Below, piece after piece: positions 1 through 10,928 of a DNA stretch of 64,000 nt; within the stretch, counting starts at the first letter, position 1, and each line of letters begins with the position of its first letter. The translations under genes were made by a program, and so were the position numbers. The stretch lies in NCBI GenBank assembly GCA_964057225.1, contig OZ059894.1:11346001-11410000 (forward strand), in the 5' to 3' direction. The notes under the pieces are model-generated. The model was given only the letters and a program-made list of their open reading frames with translations. It was not told the origin of the DNA and searched no databases. The stretch comes from Auanema rhodensis (lineage: Eukaryota > Animalia > Nematoda).

Positions 1-196
1 GAACATTTTCTCACACAAGGGTCCCCCCTTACCTACTTTTTTTCTCATTACTCGTTTCAACCTCATCCGATCACTCTGCAAACATGTTTAATCGTTCTAA
101 CTTGTTGAAATACGTCTTAAAAGTCTAAACAACATGCATATGCATAATAGAAACCACCCGAATAGGCCCCCACGCACTAAACGAGATATATACATT

Positions 197-362
197 ACCA
201 GTATAGTAATAGAACACATATTGAAGATTAATTCGATAAGAACAATTTATTGACGTAGAGAATGTTTGTTCCGAAAAACTACAATATTAAACTATAAAAG
301 TAACAAAAGCGTAGAGGCAGCAAAGACATGAATAAACATAAATGTAAATACAGAATTACCAG
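197..362 (-). mobile_element. Diverged relic of the U2-targeted non-autonomous element (3' tail + degenerate U2 nt 39-79 + first 10 nt of element head); same offset in all 24 units
   Basis: 197-247 ACCAGTATAGTAATAGAACACATATTGAAGATTAATTCGATAAGAACAATT aligns with 16065-16115; 248-291 TATTGACGTAGAGAATGTTTGTTCCGAAAAACTACAATATTAAA aligns with 15288-15331; weaker similarity may extend to ~510. Confidence 0.8.
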
Positions 363-562
363 GTAGTACATAAGTATGACAAAAAATTATAAGAAAGCCA
401 TGAAAATAGAAGGTTTGTGAACAAATGAGAGGTACATCTTTGATCGTATAGTCATTTCTAAACCGTTCGTATGCTGCAGCATCGTCATAAGCGTCACTCA
501 AGTTGAATTTCCATGTGTACTACACGATTTTCATTCTTATTGTTACATTCTTTCCCTGAGGG

Positions 563-748
563 AATGGGCCGTTCCCGCCAGCAGTGCAAGAGCGGGTCGA
601 CCCGTGAGGTGGAGCTAGCAAGCCAGCATCTACCTCAAGTCTCAAAAATCGGTTAACCTTATTGTGAACCAATGGAACACATATCGAAGGTTAATTCGAT
701 AAGAACGATTACTACACTTTGATCTTAGCCAAAAGGCCGAGAAGCGAT
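563..748 (-). ncRNA. U2: U2 snRNA
   Basis: Minus strand ATCGCTTCTCGGCCTTTTGGCTAAGATCAAAGTGTAGTA..., stem IIa TATCGAA/TTCGATA, Sm site GATTTTTGA, stem IV loop TTGCAC; ~186 nt, 3' end approximate. Confidence 0.97.
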
Positions 749-1178
749 ACAGCATAGCCATGAGTATCAAAGACATCAAGCAAATGTATCGTACTTGTTA
801 CGAGTGCACTCTCTCATTTGAATATAAAAGTGTGGTTTGACAATCTTGACTGTACAGGTCATAAATGGCTCATATAAACTGTGGATTTACTCAACTTTTG
901 GACTTATTTTTTTCTTATTCGAAGCGCTGCACTTTTTTCTATTCTTTTTATTCAAATACTTGTATATAGTTTTATATGTACGGTTGCAAAGTTTCCGAAT
1001 ATTTTATATATTTTTATACAATAATTAGGAGAAGGTTAATACAATGAAATCTCCCAACTTTACAGTGTTTGTATTGCTTACAGTATCTAGAACAACCACT
1101 CTTGTAATATTAGAGCACATATCAATCAACAACTTTTTCTAGTTATCAAAGCTTTTTTATTTCTTCAAGATATTTCAA

Positions 1179-1191
1179 ATAAAATATAAAA
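1179..1191 (-). terminator. Pol III terminator T-runs after 5S gene (representative; follows every 5S copy)
   Basis: Minus strand ...GTAAGC-TTTTATATTTTAT directly at the 5S 3' end. Confidence 0.7.
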
Positions 1192-1309
1192 GCTTACGAC
1201 ACCCGGGATTCCCAAGCCGTCTCCGATCCAAGTACTAACCGGGCCCAACGTTGCTTGACTTGCCAGATCGGACGGGATGGCGTACTTTCAACGTGGTATG
1301 GTCGTAAGC
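1191..1309 (-). rRNA. 5S: 5S rRNA
   Basis: 119 nt GCTTACGACCATACCACGTTGAAAG...TTAGTACTTGGATCGGAGAC...GTCGTAAGCT; helix I closes; nematode-like. Confidence 0.98.
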
Positions 1310-1550
1310 AATGTTATATTCTTCATTATCAGTTATATCACTCTAAATCTTGTTGTTAATAGTTAGGACCACAAAGAAAACAACAGGAACAGTAACAAAT
1401 GAAATGCCCAAACTTTACAGTGTTCGAGTTATTTACAGTATCTAAGACTACCTCTGTCGTGTTATTAGAGCAAACATTCGATTAACAACAACTTTTTTTT
1501 AGTTATCAAAGCTTTTTTATTTCTTCAAAAAATTTCAAATAAAATATAAA

Positions 1551-1669
1551 AGCTTACGACACCCGGGATTCCCAAGCCGTCTCCGATCCAAGTACTAACC
1601 GGGCCCAACGTTGCTTGACTTGCCAGATCGGACGGGATGGCGTACTTTCAACGTGGTATGGTCGTAAGC
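1551..1669 (-). rRNA. 5S: 5S rRNA
   Basis: Same as 1191-1309. Confidence 0.98.
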
Positions 1670-1811
1670 AATGTCATATTCTTCATTATCAGTTATATCA
1701 CTCTAAATCTTGTTGTTAATAGATACGACCACAAAGAAAACAACAGGAACAGTAACAATAACAAAAAAAATTTTTTTTTCACCTATGTGTCTAAAGGTTA
1801 GCCATGTATCC

Positions 1812-1814
<3 letters not shown>

Positions 1815-1855
<41 letters not shown>
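1815..1855. repeat. (TA)n microsatellite (representative; one per unit, ~12 to ~39 repeats)
   Basis: Pure TA run; shortest 47649-47673, longest 35719-35797. Confidence 0.97.
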
Positions 1856-1857
<2 letters not shown>

Positions 1858-1925
1858 ACAGTAAAAAGTCCAATCAAGAGAGAAATTTTTTCAACACATA
1901 GTTGTTTTTTTTTTAAATATCATTG

Positions 1926-2011
1926 TTTTTCCTCATAACTCGGTTTAAACTCGTTCTAACCCGTTGAAATACGTCTAGAAAGTCTTTATAACATGCATAT
2001 GTATGATAGAA
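1926..2011. repeat. Diverged spacer direct repeat (partner at ~2516-2630)
   Basis: CGTTCTAACCCGTTGAAATACGTCTAGAAAGTCT...AACATGCATATG versus CGTTCTAACTTGTTGAAATACGTCTTAAAAGTCT...AACATGCATATG. Confidence 0.8.
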
Positions 2012-3040
2012 CTTCATATTTATTGTAATAGAAAATTTTATTTTCAGACGTCTTGGTTAACAATGATATGTTTTACCCCCTTATAATTTTTATCATAATG
2101 TTCCTTATACGGAACGCTCAATGAAACTTGCTTCCAGAAAAATTTCTTTCTATTTTTTCTTCATATGTACGTAGATACTATAGAGAACTATGATAGAAAA
2201 CTTTAACATTCACGAAATCATCATTTCTCATTACGCTACGGAGGTTTAAAAAGCTGTGTTTTACCTTATAATAGACCGGAAAACCCTTGTGTTAAAACTG
2301 GACCGTTTTTACACATATAAAAATGTCCCGTATTCGGGACCCTAATGTAACTTTTGATTCCCTATATTTTTTTTCATGAAATTTACAATCTACTGTAGAA
2401 AGAAGAATTATTTTTATAAAAACTGTAAATTTTTGAAAAATGAAAACAAAACGAAAACAAAAACAACTTTTTTTTGAACATTTTCTCACCACACAAGGGT
2501 CCCCCCTTACCTACTTTTTTTCTCATTACTCGTTTCAACCTCATCCGATCACTCTGCAAACATGTTTAATCGTTCTAACTTGTTGAAATACGTCTTAAAA
2601 GTCTAAACAACATGCATATGCATAATAGAAACCACCCGAATAGGCCCCCACGCACTAAACGAGATATATACATTACCAGTATAGTAATAGAACACATATT
2701 GAAGATTAATTCGATAAGAACAATTTATTGACGTAGAGAATGTTTGTTCCGAAAAACTACAATATTAAACTATAAAAGTAACAAAAGCGTAGAGGCAGCA
2801 AAGACATGAATAAACATAAATGTAAATACAGAATTACCAGGTAGTACATAAGTATGACAAAAAATTATAAGAAAGCCATGAAAATAGAAGGTTTGTGAAC
2901 AAATGAGAGGTACATCTTTGATCGTATAGTCATTTCTAAACCGTTCGTATGCTGCAGCATCGTCATAAGCGTCACTCAAGTTGAATTTCCATGTGTACTA
3001 CACGATTTTCATTCTTATTGTTACATTCTTTCCCTGAGGG

Positions 3041-3226
3041 AATGGGCCGTTCCCGCCAGCAGTGCAAGAGCGGGTCGACCCGTGAGGTGGAGCTAGCAAG
3101 CCAGCATCTACCTCAAGTCTCAAAAATCGGTTAACCTTATTGTGAACCAATGGAACACATATCGAAGGTTAATTCGATAAGAACGATTACTACACTTTGA
3201 TCTTAGCCAAAAGGCCGAGAAGCGAT
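3041..3226 (-). ncRNA. U2: U2 snRNA
   Basis: Copy of 563-748. Confidence 0.97.
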
Positions 3227-3668
3227 ACAGCATAGCCATGAGTATCAAAGACATCAAGCAAATGTATCGTACTTGTTACGAGTGCACTCTCTCATTTGAA
3301 TATAAAAGTGTGGTTTGACAATCTTGACTGTACAGGTCATAAATGGCTCATATAAACTGTGGATTTACTCAACTTTTGGACTTATTTTTTTCTTATTCGA
3401 AGCGCTGCACTTTTTTCTATTCTTTTTATTCAAATACTTGTATATAGTTTTATATGTACGGTTGCAAAGTTTCCGAATATTTTATATATTTTTATACAAT
3501 AATTAGGAGAAGGTTAATACAATGAAATCTCCCAACTTTACAGTGTTTGTATTGCTTACAGTATCTAGAACAACCACTCTTGTAATATTAGAGCACATAT
3601 CAATCAACAACTTTTTCTAGTTATCAAAGCTTTTTTATTTCTTCAAGATATTTCAAATAAAATATAAA

Positions 3669-3787
3669 AGCTTACGACACCCGGGATTCCCAAGCCGTCT
3701 CCGATCCAAGTACTAACCGGGCCCAACGTTGCTTGACTTGCCAGATCGGACGGGATGGCGTACTTTCAACGTGGTATGGTCGTAAGC
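3669..3787 (-). rRNA. 5S: 5S rRNA
   Basis: Copy of 1191-1309. Confidence 0.97.
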
Positions 3788-4028
3788 AATGTTATATTCT
3801 TCATTATCAGTTATATCACTCTAAATCTTGTTGTTAATAGTTAGGACCACAAAGAAAACAACAGGAACAGTAACAAATGAAATGCCCAAACTTTACAGTG
3901 TTCGAGTTATTTACAGTATCTAAGACTACCTCTGTCGTGTTATTAGAGCAAACATTCGATTAACAACAACTTTTTTTTAGTTATCAAAGCTTTTTTATTT
4001 CTTCAAAAAATTTCAAATAAAATATAAA

Positions 4029-4147
4029 AGCTTACGACACCCGGGATTCCCAAGCCGTCTCCGATCCAAGTACTAACCGGGCCCAACGTTGCTTGACTTG
4101 CCAGATCGGACGGGATGGCGTACTTTCAACGTGGTATGGTCGTAAGC
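4029..4147 (-). rRNA. 5S: 5S rRNA
   Basis: Copy of 1191-1309. Confidence 0.97.
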
Positions 4148-4289
4148 AATGTCATATTCTTCATTATCAGTTATATCACTCTAAATCTTGTTGTTAATAG
4201 ATACGACCACAAAGAAAACAACAGGAACAGTAACAATAACAAAAAAAATTTTTTTTTCACCTATGTGTCTAAAGGTTAGCCATGTATCC

Positions 4290-4331
<42 letters not shown>

Positions 4332-5511
4332 ACAGTAAAAAGTCCAATCAAGAGAGAAATTTTTTCAACACATAGTTGTTTTTTTTTTAAATATCATTGT
4401 TTTTCCTCATAACTCGGTTTAAACTCGTTCTAACCCGTTGAAATACGTCTAGAAAGTCTTTATAACATGCATATGTATGATAGAACTTCATATTTATTGT
4501 AATAGAAAATTTTATTTTCAGACGTCTTGGTTAACAATGATATGTTTTACCCCCTTATAATTTTTATCATAATGTTCCTTATACGGAACGCTCAATGAAA
4601 CTTGCTTCCAGAAAAATTTCTTTCTATTTTTTCTTCATATGTACGTAGATACTATAGAGAACTATGATAGAAAACTTTAACATTCACGAAATCATCATTT
4701 CTCATTACGCTACGGAGGTTTAAAAAGCTGTGTTTTACCTTATAATAGACCGGAAAACCCTTGTGTTAAAACTGGACCGTTTTTACACATATAAAAATGT
4801 CCCGTATTCGGGACCCTAATGTAACTTTTGATTCCCTATATTTTTTTTCATGAAATTTACAATCTACTGTAGAAAGAAGAATTATTTTTATAAAAACTGT
4901 AAATTTTTGAAAAATGAAAACAAAACGAAAACAAAAACAACTTTTTTTTGAACATTTTCTCACACAAGGGTCCCCCCTTACCTACTTTTTTTCTCATTAC
5001 TCGTTTCAACCTCATCCGATCACTCTGCAAACATGTTTAATCGTTCTAACTTGTTGAAATACGTCTTAAAAGTCTAAACAACATGCATATGCATAATAGA
5101 AACCACCCGAATAGGCCCCCACGCACTAAACGAGATATATACATTACCAGTATAGTAATAGAACACATATTGAAGATTAATTCGATAAGAACAATTTATT
5201 GACGTAGAGAATGTTTGTTCCGAAAAACTACAATATTAAACTATAAAAGTAACAAAAGCGTAGAGGCAGCAAAGACATGAATAAACATAAATGTAAATAC
5301 AGAATTACCAGGTAGTACATAAGTATGACAAAAAATTATAAGAAAGCCATGAAAATAGAAGGTTTGTGAACAAATGAGAGGTACATCTTTGATCGTATAG
5401 TCATTTCTAAACCGTTCGTATGCTGCAGCATCGTCATAAGCGTCACTCAAGTTGAATTTCCATGTGTACTACACGATTTTCATTCTTATTGTTACATTCT
5501 TTCCCTGAGGG

Positions 5512-5697
5512 AATGGGCCGTTCCCGCCAGCAGTGCAAGAGCGGGTCGACCCGTGAGGTGGAGCTAGCAAGCCAGCATCTACCTCAAGTCTCAAAAATCG
5601 GTTAACCTTATTGTGAACCAATGGAACACATATCGAAGGTTAATTCGATAAGAACGATTACTACACTTTGATCTTAGCCAAAAGGCCGAGAAGCGAT
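5512..5697 (-). ncRNA. U2: U2 snRNA
   Basis: Copy of 563-748. Confidence 0.97.
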
Positions 5698-6139
5698 ACA
5701 GCATAGCCATGAGTATCAAAGACATCAAGCAAATGTATCGTACTTGTTACGAGTGCACTCTCTCATTTGAATATAAAAGTGTGGTTTGACAATCTTGACT
5801 GTACAGGTCATAAATGGCTCATATAAACTGTGGATTTACTCAACTTTTGGACTTATTTTTTTCTTATTCGAAGCGCTGCACTTTTTTCTATTCTTTTTAT
5901 TCAAATACTTGTATATAGTTTTATATGTACGGTTGCAAAGTTTCCGAATATTTTATATATTTTTATACAATAATTAGGAGAAGGTTAATACAATGAAATC
6001 TCCCAACTTTACAGTGTTTGTATTGCTTACAGTATCTAGAACAACCACTCTTGTAATATTAGAGCACATATCAATCAACAACTTTTTCTAGTTATCAAAG
6101 CTTTTTTATTTCTTCAAGATATTTCAAATAAAATATAAA

Positions 6140-6258
6140 AGCTTACGACACCCGGGATTCCCAAGCCGTCTCCGATCCAAGTACTAACCGGGCCCAACGT
6201 TGCTTGACTTGCCAGATCGGACGGGATGGCGTACTTTCAACGTGGTATGGTCGTAAGC
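6140..6258 (-). rRNA. 5S: 5S rRNA
   Basis: Copy of 1191-1309. Confidence 0.97.
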
Positions 6259-6499
6259 AATGTTATATTCTTCATTATCAGTTATATCACTCTAAATCTT
6301 GTTGTTAATAGTTAGGACCACAAAGAAAACAACAGGAACAGTAACAAATGAAATGCCCAAACTTTACAGTGTTCGAGTTATTTACAGTATCTAAGACTAC
6401 CTCTGTCGTGTTATTAGAGCAAACATTCGATTAACAACAACTTTTTTTTAGTTATCAAAGCTTTTTTATTTCTTCAAAAAATTTCAAATAAAATATAAA

Positions 6500-6618
6500 A
6501 GCTTACGACACCCGGGATTCCCAAGCCGTCTCCGATCCAAGTACTAACCGGGCCCAACGTTGCTTGACTTGCCAGATCGGACGGGATGGCGTACTTTCAA
6601 CGTGGTATGGTCGTAAGC
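6500..6618 (-). rRNA. 5S: 5S rRNA
   Basis: Copy of 1191-1309. Confidence 0.97.
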
Positions 6619-6760
6619 AATGTCATATTCTTCATTATCAGTTATATCACTCTAAATCTTGTTGTTAATAGATACGACCACAAAGAAAACAACAGGAACA
6701 GTAACAATAACAAAAAAAATTTTTTTTTCACCTATGTGTCTAAAGGTTAGCCATGTATCC

Positions 6761-6808
<48 letters not shown>

Positions 6809-7988
6809 ACAGTAAAAAGTCCAATCAAGAGAGAAATTTTTTCAACACATAGTTGTTTTTTTTTTAAATATCATTGTTTTTCCTCATAACTCGGTTTAAA
6901 CTCGTTCTAACCCGTTGAAATACGTCTAGAAAGTCTTTATAACATGCATATGTATGATAGAACTTCATATTTATTGTAATAGAAAATTTTATTTTCAGAC
7001 GTCTTGGTTAACAATGATATGTTTTACCCCCTTATAATTTTTATCATAATGTTCCTTATACGGAACGCTCAATGAAACTTGCTTCCAGAAAAATTTCTTT
7101 CTATTTTTTCTTCATATGTACGTAGATACTATAGAGAACTATGATAGAAAACTTTAACATTCACGAAATCATCATTTCTCATTACGCTACGGAGGTTTAA
7201 AAAGCTGTGTTTTACCTTATAATAGACCGGAAAACCCTTGTGTTAAAACTGGACCGTTTTTACACATATAAAAATGTCCCGTATTCGGGACCCTAATGTA
7301 ACTTTTGATTCCCTATATTTTTTTTCATGAAATTTACAATCTACTGTAGAAAGAAGAATTATTTTTATAAAAACTGTAAATTTTTGAAAAATGAAAACAA
7401 AACGAAAACAAAAACAACTTTTTTTTGAACATTTTCTCACACAAGGGTCCCCCCTTACCTACTTTTTTTCTCATTACTCGTTTCAACCTCATCCGATCAC
7501 TCTGCAAACATGTTTAATCGTTCTAACTTGTTGAAATACGTCTTAAAAGTCTAAACAACATGCATATGCATAATAGAAACCACCCGAATAGGCCCCCACG
7601 CACTAAACGAGATATATACATTACCAGTATAGTAATAGAACACATATTGAAGATTAATTCGATAAGAACAATTTATTGACGTAGAGAATGTTTGTTCCGA
7701 AAAACTACAATATTAAACTATAAAAGTAACAAAAGCGTAGAGGCAGCAAAGACATGAATAAACATAAATGTAAATACAGAATTACCAGGTAGTACATAAG
7801 TATGACAAAAAATTATAAGAAAGCCATGAAAATAGAAGGTTTGTGAACAAATGAGAGGTACATCTTTGATCGTATAGTCATTTCTAAACCGTTCGTATGC
7901 TGCAGCATCGTCATAAGCGTCACTCAAGTTGAATTTCCATGTGTACTACACGATTTTCATTCTTATTGTTACATTCTTTCCCTGAGGG

Positions 7989-8136
7989 AATGGGCCGTTC
8001 CCGCCAGCAGTGCAAGAGCGGGTCGACCCGTGAGGTGGAGCTAGCAAGCCAGCATCTACCTCAAGTCTCAAAAATCGGTTAACCTTATTGTGAACCAATG
8101 GAACACATATCGAAGGTTAATTCGATAAGAACGATT
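7989..8136 (-). pseudogene. U2: U2 snRNA 3' fragment (nt 39-186) downstream of truncated Utopia
   Basis: U2 match stops at ...GAACGATT (8136) where retrotransposon 3' end begins. Confidence 0.92.
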
Positions 8137-10213
8137 AATGGTTTATTGAATAACTAATGTTATGATACAATAAATAACCAATAAAAAAGAGCCCAGAATC
8201 GGGGAGACGGTATTACCAGTACAACTTAAAACAGCAAGTAATTAAAAAGTACATAATAAGACACATTGCCAACAGAGGCTAAAACGACTCAAGAGTCGGG
8301 GGAGTGGGTTAAAAAAAATGAACAAAAAAATGAATATTAAAGCAGAACAATGAGAAATCAAGTGCCGCTATGATCAAACAATTTGAGTGCCTACGGCAAT
8401 GATGTTAAAAATAAACAACAAAATACATGTACCAATGAAGGTCAGAAAGAAAGAAACAAAAGACAAAAATAAGTAATACAAAAAGTAAATACATTACAAT
8501 CAAATCACAAACAAGTCAATTGATAATTTCTTCTTCATATTGCCTTACACTAGAAACATGTTCCACGTAGATATTCCTGGCCCACTTGATGGTATCGGCG
8601 ACGACGAGCTTCTCCATTAGCCGGTTGTAGTGGCTGCTGATCTTGAGTGATCGGAGGGCTTGTCCGTTGAGCGGGTCCATAGTTCCAAGCATTCCTACGA
8701 CATATGCTTCTACACTAGTCTTATAACCAAGACATTGGTATTGGCTGGCTATGTCAGCATATTTCCTCTCCTTTATCATACGCGCGGCTATCATGGCTTG
8801 ACGGCGGTTTTCATAGCTCACTGTAACATCAACGATACTACAGTGTTTTGCGTCATGATCGACCACTACTATGTCAGGTCGGAGTGTACTATTAATGCCA
8901 GGAAGAGGCTGGTTAGTGTAAACTTCTCCGTTTTTAGGCTCTGGCAGGGCTTTGATAAGACGGTCCACGATGTTGTTGTGGCGGAGTTGGATTGCTCTCG
9001 TGTGAGAGTGGCAGTGTCCAAGAACATGTGCAGCAGTTTCGTTGGAGTAACTACACCTGCGGCACTGTTTGTTTCCTTCTCCGTGTCTTCTACAGCCATT
9101 GAGCTGGAGAGTATTGAGTCGAGCCTTGTGGATGAATCGCCAATCAGCAAACCGTATGAAATCTCCCTTCGCCATAAAGTGATTGGACGCTTTGTTGAGC
9201 ATTGTGACATCAAAGACTTTCCCTTGATCCGGTTTTTGAAGAAGGATCCGAAGGTCTTTCAGCCATAATGCACGTCGCAGGCTTCTGTGGCATAGTGAAG
9301 GTGTTAACAGTTGGTTGTTTAGATTGAGTTCTAAACCACTTTCGAGGCATGTCCAGTTAGCGTTGATGAGTTTCTTGAGTTGACGCATCGCTACTCTTAC
9401 TCTAGTCCAGATGGAGGAAACATCAGATGTTTCGGTGTCGAAAATGCCATCAACGGAACCGTTGTAATATGCAGCTGTCTCATCGTTACTGGCTTGACGT
9501 TTAATCCTTTTTGATGCTACTTTTTTTGAGTCTTGATGCGCAATATCAGCTACTACAAGATCAGATGACTTCAAAAGTTGGTAGGCATGAGTGACTTCAC
9601 AGACGTCTGACAGGTGTTGGAGTCGAGAGAGACCAAGTCCGCCGTAGTTAGTTGGCAGGTAGATTGGTTCAGCACTGGCGTTTGGAGGATAGTGCATCCA
9701 TCTACGGGCACAGCGTTTGAGTTCTTTGTCAAAGGCGACTAGTTTACTCTTTGGGACGTGGCCATTCGTCATATGAAAATTAAGGCAGGGCATCAGGAAG
9801 GTGCGTACTGCGTCAGCTTTCTGCCATTCAGCAAGTAAGGATTTGTCAATTTTTTCCAAGTGTTGACTCATAATATTCACTGTTGGAACCGCAGACTTAT
9901 GTAAATGCATTCCAGTAGGGATTCCCAGGTGGGAGTAGCTGTCGAATTTGCTGAGAGCGGGTAGAGAGGAGCTCTGTAGCATGTATGAGGCTGTTGATAT
10001 TTTCCCTTTGTCGATCGTCAAGGTGGCGCATTTCGCTGGTTTGAAGGTCAAGCCTGTGAAATTAGCCGCATTTGATGCTGCGTCCAACATTTTCTGTAGA
10101 TCTTCTGATGATGAGGAGACCAGGGCAAGGTCATCGGCGTACGCTAGCACAGCGATGTTGTGGTTGTGTAGCTTATAGCCAGTAGAGGATTCCAAGATGG
10201 TTTTAATTAGAGG
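8137..10213 (-). mobile_element. 5'-truncated Utopia-like non-LTR retrotransposon inserted in U2
   Basis: Nearly identical to 39236-41313; same 3' junction; truncated inside the RT domain just after the FNLAIE motif. Confidence 0.95.
8516..10213 (-). pseudogene. C-terminal ~565 codons of Utopia RT/RLE ORF (5'-truncated)
   Basis: YADD, GGLG, CCHC knuckle, RHN, RPD and KERKY motifs present; N-terminal RT motifs missing; first 26 codons of the listed ORF are U2 DNA. Confidence 0.9.
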
Positions 10214-10367
10214 GGTCGACCCGTGAGGTGGAGCTAGCAAGCCAGCATCTACCTCAAGTCTCAAAAATCGGTTAACCTTATTGTGAACCAATGGAACACA
10301 TATCGAAGGTTAATTCGATAAGAACGATTACTACACTTTGATCTTAGCCAAAAGGCCGAGAAGCGAT
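10213..10367 (-). pseudogene. U2: U2 snRNA 5' fragment (nt 1-155) fused to truncated Utopia
   Basis: Exact U2 sequence from ATCGCTTC to GGGTCGACCC, then element sequence; lacks stem-loop IV. Confidence 0.92.
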
Positions 10368-10809
10368 ACAGCATAGCCATGAGTATCAAAGACATCAAGC
10401 AAATGTATCGTACTTGTTACGAGTGCACTCTCTCATTTGAATATAAAAGTGTGGTTTGACAATCTTGACTGTACAGGTCATAAATGGCTCATATAAACTG
10501 TGGATTTACTCAACTTTTGGACTTATTTTTTTCTTATTCGAAGCGCTGCACTTTTTTCTATTCTTTTTATTCAAATACTTGTATATAGTTTTATATGTAC
10601 GGTTGCAAAGTTTCCGAATATTTTATATATTTTTATACAATAATTAGGAGAAGGTTAATACAATGAAATCTCCCAACTTTACAGTGTTTGTATTGCTTAC
10701 AGTATCTAGAACAACCACTCTTGTAATATTAGAGCACATATCAATCAACAACTTTTTCTAGTTATCAAAGCTTTTTTATTTCTTCAAGATATTTCAAATA
10801 AAATATAAA

Positions 10810-10928
10810 AGCTTACGACACCCGGGATTCCCAAGCCGTCTCCGATCCAAGTACTAACCGGGCCCAACGTTGCTTGACTTGCCAGATCGGACGGGATGGC
10901 GTACTTTCAACGTGGTATGGTCGTAAGC
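10810..10928 (-). rRNA. 5S: 5S rRNA
   Basis: Copy of 1191-1309. Confidence 0.97.

Larger units (their letters stand above)
1040..1760. repeat. 360-bp 5S sub-repeat, two copies per normal unit (representative)
   Basis: 1141-1397 is near-identical to 1501-1757; 1040-1140 is a diverged copy of 1398-1500. Confidence 0.9.

Noticed and set aside
790-815. U2 proximal sequence element around palindrome GAGTGCACTC
   Set aside because: Position (about -45 to -65) is plausible, but PSEs are lineage-specific and no second snRNA promoter is available here for comparison
2238-2270. GGTTTAAAAAGC... (and GGTTTAAACTC at ~1942) as a spliced-leader exon
   Set aside because: Only the first 7 nt match SL1; no AG/GT donor at about +22 and no convincing SL RNA structure
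292-2492. Short 60-90 aa ORFs repeated in every unit (MSDAYDD..., MTILTVQ..., MLLIDTT..., MRKCSKK...)
   Set aside because: Non-ATG starts, low-complexity AT-rich translations, frames that change with TA-tract length; identity merely reflects the DNA repeat
10214-10291. Novel N-terminus of the 591-aa ORF (MVHNKVNRFLRLEVD...)
   Set aside because: It is U2 DNA read in frame by chance from a TTG; the product would lack most RT motifs
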